Below, one piece after another: positions 55,441-64,000 of a stretch of 64,000 nt of DNA. This DNA is from the human T2T-CHM13v2.0 reference genome, Homo sapiens. How positions within the stretch are numbered: the first letter of the stretch is position 1; each line of letters opens with the position of its first letter. The notes under the pieces were generated by a model. That model ran no database searches. It saw only the letters and a list, made by a program, of their open reading frames with translations, and had not been told where the DNA came from. Made by a program: the position numbers and the translations under genes. Location of the stretch: NCBI RefSeq assembly GCF_009914755.1, contig NC_060939.1, one strand, 5' to 3'.

Positions 55441-56082
55441 TGATCTCTTGACCTCGTGATCCACCTGCCTCGGCCTCCCAAAGTGCTAGGATTACAAGCA
55501 TGAGCCACCGCGACTGGCCAACTCTGAGCTTTTTTAGAGTTGGCAGCAAGGATGTTTCTGAAGGTCAAAGATAATCCCGTGTCAAAAACAGCTCTGGGGC
55601 AGGAGGAGTCATGTTCTGTGGGAATGAGCCCTCAGACCCAGCCACTTCCTCATCAAATGTCCTAGTAGCTGGGTCTCCTGGAGCCCCTAGCTCTGCATTC
55701 CCACAGGATGGTAGGAGCTGCTGATGGAGGCAGGCAAGTGGAAGTCCAGCCCTGTAGGAGCTCCAGTTCACAGAGGGGAACTGAACTGGCCTTTTTGGAG
55801 GAAAAGAAGACTTGAACCAAACTTGGAGGACCTGGTCAACTTGGATGAAGGAGAGTGAGGTGGGACGAGTAGGCTTTCTGTTCAGTGCAGAAAAGCTGGG
55901 ACTGCTGGTTAAGCCATCAGCATTTCCCAAGCCCCACGGGTGTGTCCCACTGGGTGTTCACACCACAGACCCTTCAAGGGAGGATTGTCATTGCTGTGTG
56001 TCAGATGAGGAAACTCAGCCAGGGTCCAAGACTGCAGGAGGGATGTGCTGAATGCATGTGATGAGGAAATGGGGACCATTCT

Positions 56083-56083
56083 T

Positions 56084-56125
<42 letters not shown>
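56083..56125. repeat. (TTTA)n tetranucleotide repeat, Alu-tail derived
   Basis: Read directly. Confidence 0.9.
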
Positions 56126-56126
<1 letters not shown>

Positions 56127-56194
56127 GAGACAAGGCTTGCTCTGTAACCCAGGTTGGAGTGCAGTGGCACAATCTTGGCTCACTGAAGCCTTGA

Positions 56195-56629
<435 letters not shown>

Positions 56630-59594
56630 TGAGACAGTCTTGCCCTGTCGCCCAGGCTGGAGTGCAGTGGCGCGATCTCGGCTCACTGCAACCTCCGCCT
56701 CTCAGGTTCAAGCTATTCTCTGCCTCAGCCTCCGGAGTAGCTGGGATTACAAGCACCCACCACCACGCCCGGCTAATTTTTGTATTTTTTTAGTAGAGAT
56801 GGGGTTTCACCATCTTGGCCAGGCTGGTCTTGAACTCCTGACCTTGTGATCCACCTGCGTTGGTCTCCCAAAGCGTTGGGATTACAGGCGTGAGCCACCA
56901 TGCCTGGCCTTTTCTTTTCTTTTTTTGAGACAGGATCTTGCTCTGTCCTTCAGGCTGGAGTGCAGTGGCACTATCAGCTCACAGCAGCCTTGACCTCCTG
57001 GGCTCAAACAATCCTCCTGCCTCAGCCTCCTGAGTAGCTGGGACTACAGGTATGCATCACCACACTCAGCTAATGTTTTTTTGATTTTTTGTAGAGACAA
57101 GGTCTCACCATGTTGTCCGGGCTGGACTTGAACTCCCAAAAGTGTTGGGATTACAGGCATAAGCTGCTGCGCCCAGCTGAGAGAGACCATTCTGAGAGAG
57201 GCCATGGGAGCCTCAGCAGGCTGTGAGACAACCTTAGCCAGGGCAGGAGCCTGGAAACAGGTGGGCAGATGAGGCTGGGCTGATGGGAGATGCATGAGGT
57301 CTGAGCTGGAAGGGATCTCAAAGATCTCTCCAACTCATTTTACAGGAGGAAATTGAGGCCCAAAGAGGGAAAGGGGCTTGCCCAATGACACACAAGAGGT
57401 TAACGGTAGAGCCAGGCTAGAAAGACCCAGAGAAGATCAAGTACACCCCAATTAAACACAAAGTTCACCCTCACATACTCCCACCTCCAGGCACCACCGC
57501 CCCCGCCCCATCCAACAAGCACGCTAACACTGGGGCAGTGACAGTGGCTGCATTTCCTCCTATAATAGACCCTCTTTTCCCAGGATGAAGCCCCCACCTT
57601 AGGTTATTAGGGGCTCCAGTCAGACCCAGCTCAGCTTCTATTTCACTGTGGGGACCCTGGGGCCTTCCTTCCCATTCCCTGGGCCACAGTTTGCTCATCT
57701 GTGATGTGAGGCCACTGGACCAACTGACCACTATGGTTTTTTCAGTTCTCAGTGAGCAGAGGAAGGCGAGGCTAGGGCTTCTTCCTCCCTCTGGTCCCCC
57801 AGCCCCCAGTCCAGCCTGACAGGGGTGGGGCCGGCCTGCTGGGGCTCACATGCCTGAGGAGTAAGCTCCTGGTCCCGAGGAGGCAACATGATCTGTAAAA
57901 GATCCCTGACCATCTTTTTGAACCCTGGAGAGGGCGTCTCAGTCATATGAGGACCACAGGGGGATTAGCGATGCTTAGAAGGGAGGCCAGGGAGGCAGCC
58001 ACCTGGGGGAAAGACTAGGAAGAGGGGAAGTGGGAGAGAAGGAAGTAGCAGTGGGGCAGGTCTGAGTCAGGGACCGAAGACCTGGGAAAGGCAGCTCTGG
58101 TGGGTCTGGAGAGGAGGCAGAAGAGAGGAAGGCAGGCGGAGGAAGGGTGTGTGCTCAGGGCTTTGAATGATGCCTGAAAAGGGCCTAGAAGTCTTGTGTC
58201 ACATAGTCCCTGGCACAAGGAGACCTGGCAGAGAAGGGGAGAAAGCGTTAAATCTGGAGCCTGCCAGCTTGGATTTCAGACCCTTCCACTCAGGCTGTGT
58301 GACCCTGGGCAAGTTTTTTGCTCTCTCTGAGCCTCAGGTTCTAACAAAGAGCAGTTTTGGTGCATCGTTCACACTGGGTGGGCTGTGAGGTCAGATGTCC
58401 ATCCAACCTCAGACCCTCCATGGCCCTTGCCGGTCTTCCTGGGTATGCCCCTCCTTTAGCCAAAGCATATATCCCCCCATGCCCCTCCCCCAACGCCTGC
58501 AAGAGCTGCCCTGTCCTAGCCTTCTGGGAGTGCCCCAGCCCCTCTGAAGGGGTTCGAGCCAATCCAGGGCCTATGCAATGAGGGACCAGCAGGACTCGGG
58601 GGATGGGGGAAAGGACCTTCTCAAGGCTCATTTTGGGAGGGGGAGTACATACCTGCTTCCCCCACCCGTGCTCCCCCATGACCCACTCCATGGGATATTT
58701 GGGTTTCCTCCCCTTTCCCGAGCTCAGGCCCTGCTTGCTTTCTCCACAACAAGGAGCGAATGTTATTTAAAAGGAGATCAGGAGATTTGCCTTAAATAGG
58801 CATGGAGTGCTGTGCCAGGTCCCAGTAGAGGGGCGGGAGAGGAGGCCATCTTGGCGGAAGGGAGAAAGGAGTGGAGCTGCAAGAGAGAACAACCTCCCAG
58901 GAGTGCGCAGAGCCCTTCACAGTTTACCAAGCACAGGCCTAGTCTGCGGGGAGACGCCCCGGTCTTCAGATGCCAGGAGTGTGGAGGTTTTCTGGGAGGC
59001 AAGGGGATAGGGCCTGCAGAGTGGGGGGCTGTCCCGAGACCTCCCCTGACACCTGCCCCCACCATCAGTTTCCAGACCTTTGGCCCCTGCCCCCGGGCTG
59101 CCCCTGCCTGTCCTCCCAGCCCTAGCTTGTAACTGGATGCCATCCTCACTCTGCACCTTCCCAGGTGAGCTGGGGCTCTGCTTACTGAACCCAACACCCA
59201 CTGGGGGCGGGGATTGAGGGGGCACCCCTGGGGCGGGCATCTTCCTGGAGGCTGAGGCTGAAGGCGGGAGCTGGAGCTGCGGGGGAGGAGTGGAGATGGG
59301 CTGGCTGTCTCATTCACAGCCCCCGCCCCAGGCCTCCTCAGGAATTTAGGGTTCCAATTCCCTATTCAAGGTCACCTTCTAAGCCTTTCAAGCCCCACCC
59401 CTCCCATCTTGGCCTGCCAGGGCCAAGGACTCAGGGGCACCCCCCTGCCATTTCTGTCCCAGCAGGTGATGCTCTTGGAATCTTAAGGAAATGGAGTCTG
59501 GCCTGTGGAGTTTTGGGGACAGAGCTAGGGGGAAAGGAAGCATCCCATGTTCAGTCCTTTTTTCAAAGGCCCTGAACACCAAGGTGAGGCCTCA

Positions 59595-60101
<507 letters not shown>

Positions 60102-60772
60102 TCACGTGTGTTGCGGGAGGCAGAGTGGGGAGATTTCATCCTCCCCTTCCCCATGGTGGGTGGGCGCAGCCCAGGTCCTCCAGAAGGCCAGACAGGAAGG
60201 AAGGCTTTGTGAAAGATGGCATTCATTTACTCTGGGCTGCTGTGAATTCTCTTTGTTATTCCCCAGAGGCTGCTCAAGAGGGGGTTAATGGGGCGGGGGA
60301 TGGCCCCTTCAGGTGACAATAATCAAGACAAATAAATAAGAGCTAACCTTGAGGGTTTGCTGCATCCCTGGCCTGACTCCAGCTCTTCTGTCTTCCTAAC
60401 TCCATCCATGTTTGATCGGCTTTATCCCCATTTCACCAACGATGAAACCAGAGCTCAGATTTAAGCAGAATAACCACAGTCACACAGTCGGGAACTGATG
60501 GGGCCAGTGTTTAAACACAGGAATCTGGCTTCAGGGCTCTCTGCTGACTTTGCAAAAATCCCAGGACCCTTTATTTGGGACTTGGGTTCCAGATACAGCT
60601 TGCAGTGTGGCCATAGCCAAGTCACCTAACCTCTCAGAAGTTAGGTTTCTCAGCCATGCGCAGTGGTTCATGCCTGTAATCCCAGCACTTTGGGAGAACA
60701 AGGCAGGCAGATCACTTGAGGTCGGGAGTTCCAGACCAACCTGACCAACGTGGAGAAACCCCGTCTCTACTA

Positions 60773-61021
<249 letters not shown>

Positions 61022-61377
61022 CTAGAGGGTTAATGAGGCCGGGCATGGTGGCTCGCCCCTGTAATCCCAATGCTTTGGGAGGCTGAGGCAGGAGTATTGC
61101 TTGAGCTCAGGAGTTCGAGGCTGCAGCAAGCTCTGACTGCGTCACTGCACTCCAACCTGGGTGACAGAGCTAGACCCTATCTCAAAAACAAAAACAAACC
61201 AACAAGAGGGTTAATGAGCACAAAGCAGATAATCTGATGGAAGATTATTTAAAACTTCCCTGCTCTACACTAACTCAGCCCCCACCTCCTAAAGTGTCCA
61301 TGCACCCCCCACCTAAGCCCAGAGACTGGGAGACAAAGGCTCTGCGGTTCCCTGGGAAAGGACTGAATGACCAATTG

Positions 61378-61391
61378 GCGCCACCTAGTGG
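61378..61391 (-). promoter_or_regulatory. CTCF core motif CCACTAGGTGGCGC
   Basis: Exact fit to CCASYAGRKGGCRS consensus in unique, mildly CpG-retaining sequence. Confidence 0.75.
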
Positions 61392-62345
61392 TCTGCAGTG
61401 CATGGGGAGCGGGAGGGCCCGGCTGCTCCGGGATTGGGGGTTAAGTAAGATCATTAGCCCAGTGCGGATGGGAAAAATATACCAGGACGTCAGAAAGGAT
61501 GGGGTCAGGCCTAGTTGGCACCCCACTGAAGACAGGGTGAAGGAGCGCACAGGGCTCAGGGTTCTATTCTAGTTCCAGTTCTGCCACTAAGAACCTCTCC
61601 AGGCCTCAGCTACCTCCTTTGCAGAATGGGAGTAAACATTCCTTACCTCTCAGGTCACTGTCCAAGCCTTTGTTCACTTATGAAACATTTAATGAAGCAT
61701 CTGCTTTCAAAAGTCATCCTGCTGAGGGTTGTGAGGACACAAAGACATCTCAGCTGTGTCTCTCGGGATCAAGGGATCCGCTTCATCCTAGCAGGGAGAC
61801 TGAGCTGTAAATTGCTCACTACCCTCAGATGCAGATCCCAGGGGACACTGAGGAGGGAGCATAAGGCACAGGAGGCAAGTGGAGGGACAGCAGGTAGTGG
61901 GACTCCCCCTCCAAGGGTGAATGTCTTTGAGAAGTGGCAGGAACTGTGACAAGTCAGGTCATAAGATTATCTTTCTGAGGGCCATCGCCCCGCCCCTCTT
62001 GCCTGGCCCCCTGCCTGCCTCCCAGCTGGGGACTGGATCGCCCTGGGCTGAGCCCCCTACTCTGGGCTCAGCCCCCTCAGGGCCAGGCCAGCCTCCCCAC
62101 ATACCACCTTCTCTTGCATTAAAGCCTTTAAAGTGGACCATAGGTCCATCAAGGATAGTTCACATCTCTGTGCATTTGCACTGTGTAGCTCCTCTCTCCA
62201 AACACCTTTTCTCCAACTCGTCCACCTGGCAAAGTCAACTCCAGCCTTCCTGTGGGAGAGTGGAGAGGAGAGTGCGAAATCCCCCAACTAGGAAGGAAAC
62301 AGAAATGAAGGGGTGCCCCCTGCCCCCATCAGCAGTGGCACAGCC

Positions 62346-63126
62346 TGTAAGAATGTGAAATATACATTTGGTCTTCATCCCCATTTCCTGGCATACAACT
62401 CCTAAAATCCTTGGAATCTCCAAAGTGATAAGTGTCTTTTTGTATGCTGATGATTGCCTGATGGCCGGCAGCCCCTAGGCAGCTTCAGGATGGGGCTGGT
62501 CACCAGAAAGACCAGGGCAGGATTAGAGGGTTGGGACTTTCAGCCCCACCCTATGACCTCAGGGGAGGGGAGGGAGCTGAAAGTTAAATTGATGACCAAT
62601 GGTTAATCAATCATGCTTACATAATGAATTCTCCATAAAAGGCCCCAAAGCAGAGGTTCTAAGAGCTTCTGGGTAGCTGAGCAAGTGGATATTAGTGGAG
62701 GAAGGCTTTCCCACAGAGGGAAGCTCCACACCCCTTCCCCCACGTATCCTTTTCTAATAAAGTGATAAATGTGTTTCCCTGAGTTCTGTAACTCACTTTA
62801 GGAAATTAATCAAACCAAAAGAGGGGGGTCTTGGGAACCCCAACTTGAAGCCAGTCGGTCAGAAGTTCCAGAGGCCCAGACTTGTGACTGTCTGAAGGGG
62901 CTGTCAGTTTTGGTGACTGAGTCCTCAACCTGTGGGATCTGAGGCTGCCTCCAGGTAGATAGCTTCAGAATTAAATTAGAGGACACCCAGCTAGTGTCCG
63001 CTACAGAATTGCTTGTTTGTTGATGGGAAGAAGTCCCTGCATTTGGTCACAGAAGTCTTCTCTCTGTGTTAATTGTTGTTGCTGTTGAGAGAACAGGAAA
63101 AAGCAGTTGGAGTTTTTCCACCCACA
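62346..63126. mobile_element. Solo LTR, MER21-like (ERVL class)
   Basis: Starts TGT, ends CA; ~780 bp; resembles recalled MER21 consensus (tttcctggcatacaactcctaaaatccttggaatctccaaagtg; ggggctggtcaccagaaagacca; attagagggttgggactttcagcccc); possible degenerate 5-bp TSD cagcc/caccc. Confidence 0.8.
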
Positions 63127-63250
63127 CCCTGCTATATGAGGGCAGCTTTCTTGGGCAGGTAGCAAGTCCTGGTCGCCTAAGGGTAAGCTCTCTACCTTCC
63201 TTATTTCTTTGTTCATTCCCTTGCTGTCTGCCTGCCCCTTTCCATGTGCT

Positions 63251-63252
<2 letters not shown>

Positions 63253-63308
<56 letters not shown>
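63253..63308. repeat. (GT)28 microsatellite next to an Alu tail
   Basis: Uninterrupted GT run. Confidence 0.95.
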
Positions 63309-63310
<2 letters not shown>

Positions 63311-64000
63311 TTTTGCTTTGTTTTGTTTTGAGCTGGAGTCTCACTCTGTTACCCAGCCTGAGTTTCAGTGACATGATATCTTGGCTCACTGCAACCTCTG
63401 CCCCCTGGGCTCAAGTGATCCTCCCACTTCAGCCTCCTGGGACCACAGACACGCACCACCATGCCTGGTTAATTTTTTGTATTTTTGGTAGAGATGGGTT
63501 TCACCTTGTTGCCCAGGCTGGTCTCAAACTCCTGATTTCAAGTGATTCACCCACCTCAGCCTCCCAAAGTGCCGGGATTACAGGTGCGAGCCACCGTATA
63601 TGGCTCTCCCTGTGCTTCTTTGCCTCAAATCCAGAAGTTATCTGAGGACACAGTCTTTCCTGGCCTTTGCTTCACAGGTAAAGTTCCTTGAGAGGATGAT
63701 GCTGGGGGGAAGGAGAGGCAGAGAGAAGGAGGGTTCCATAGACTGGGGAGGGGCAAGTGGTCAGAGGGTCCTCTGGGAGCACCACAGGGAGGTGGCAGGG
63801 GCCCAGAGGGCCTGGCATGAGGTACTGGAGAGTCTCAGAAAGCCTCCCACCCCATCCCAGGGCCCAGGCTGAGTTACTGCCTATGGATGGTGATCAGGGC
63901 GGGCCCTGAAGATGAGAGCGGCTCCTATAAGCCCCACTCTCATTTGACCCTGGGGATTGAGGAGCCTCCTGTCTGACTGAGATAGGGTTTCCCTACACCC

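Overview
Human (hominid) genomic DNA, very Alu-rich, carrying the 5' part of RBPMS2 (RNA-binding protein with multiple splicing 2; an RRM protein, recalled locus 15q22) on the minus strand. Coding exons 1-5 lie at 26505-26591, 2823-2900, 1603-1641, 691-753 and 260-410. All have canonical GT-AG sites and splice into one open frame of 139 codons plus 1 nt; the gene continues off the left edge. Exon 1 sits in a CpG island (~25.95-27.4 kb). The ~23.6 kb intron 1 hosts MIR1272 and a 35-nt tailless U2 snRNA retro-fragment inserted inside an Alu. The ~37 kb upstream region has no recognisable coding exon. It is mostly Alus, plus fragmented old L1, Tigger3, MIR/L2, a ~1.7 kb SVA, a MER21-type solo LTR and a consensus CTCF site at ~61.38 kb. 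Most ORFs in the supplied track are Alu/SVA/GC-rich artefacts. I find no evidence of a wholly new gene system. The most interesting signals are small: an ATG-TGA start-stop uORF in the RBPMS2 leader, inverted Alus bracketing exon 2, possible CAC-based autoregulation of exon 3, an Alu copied by tandem duplication, and several micro template-switch scars. Repeat family names and MIR1272 come from recalled consensus sequences, not from a search.
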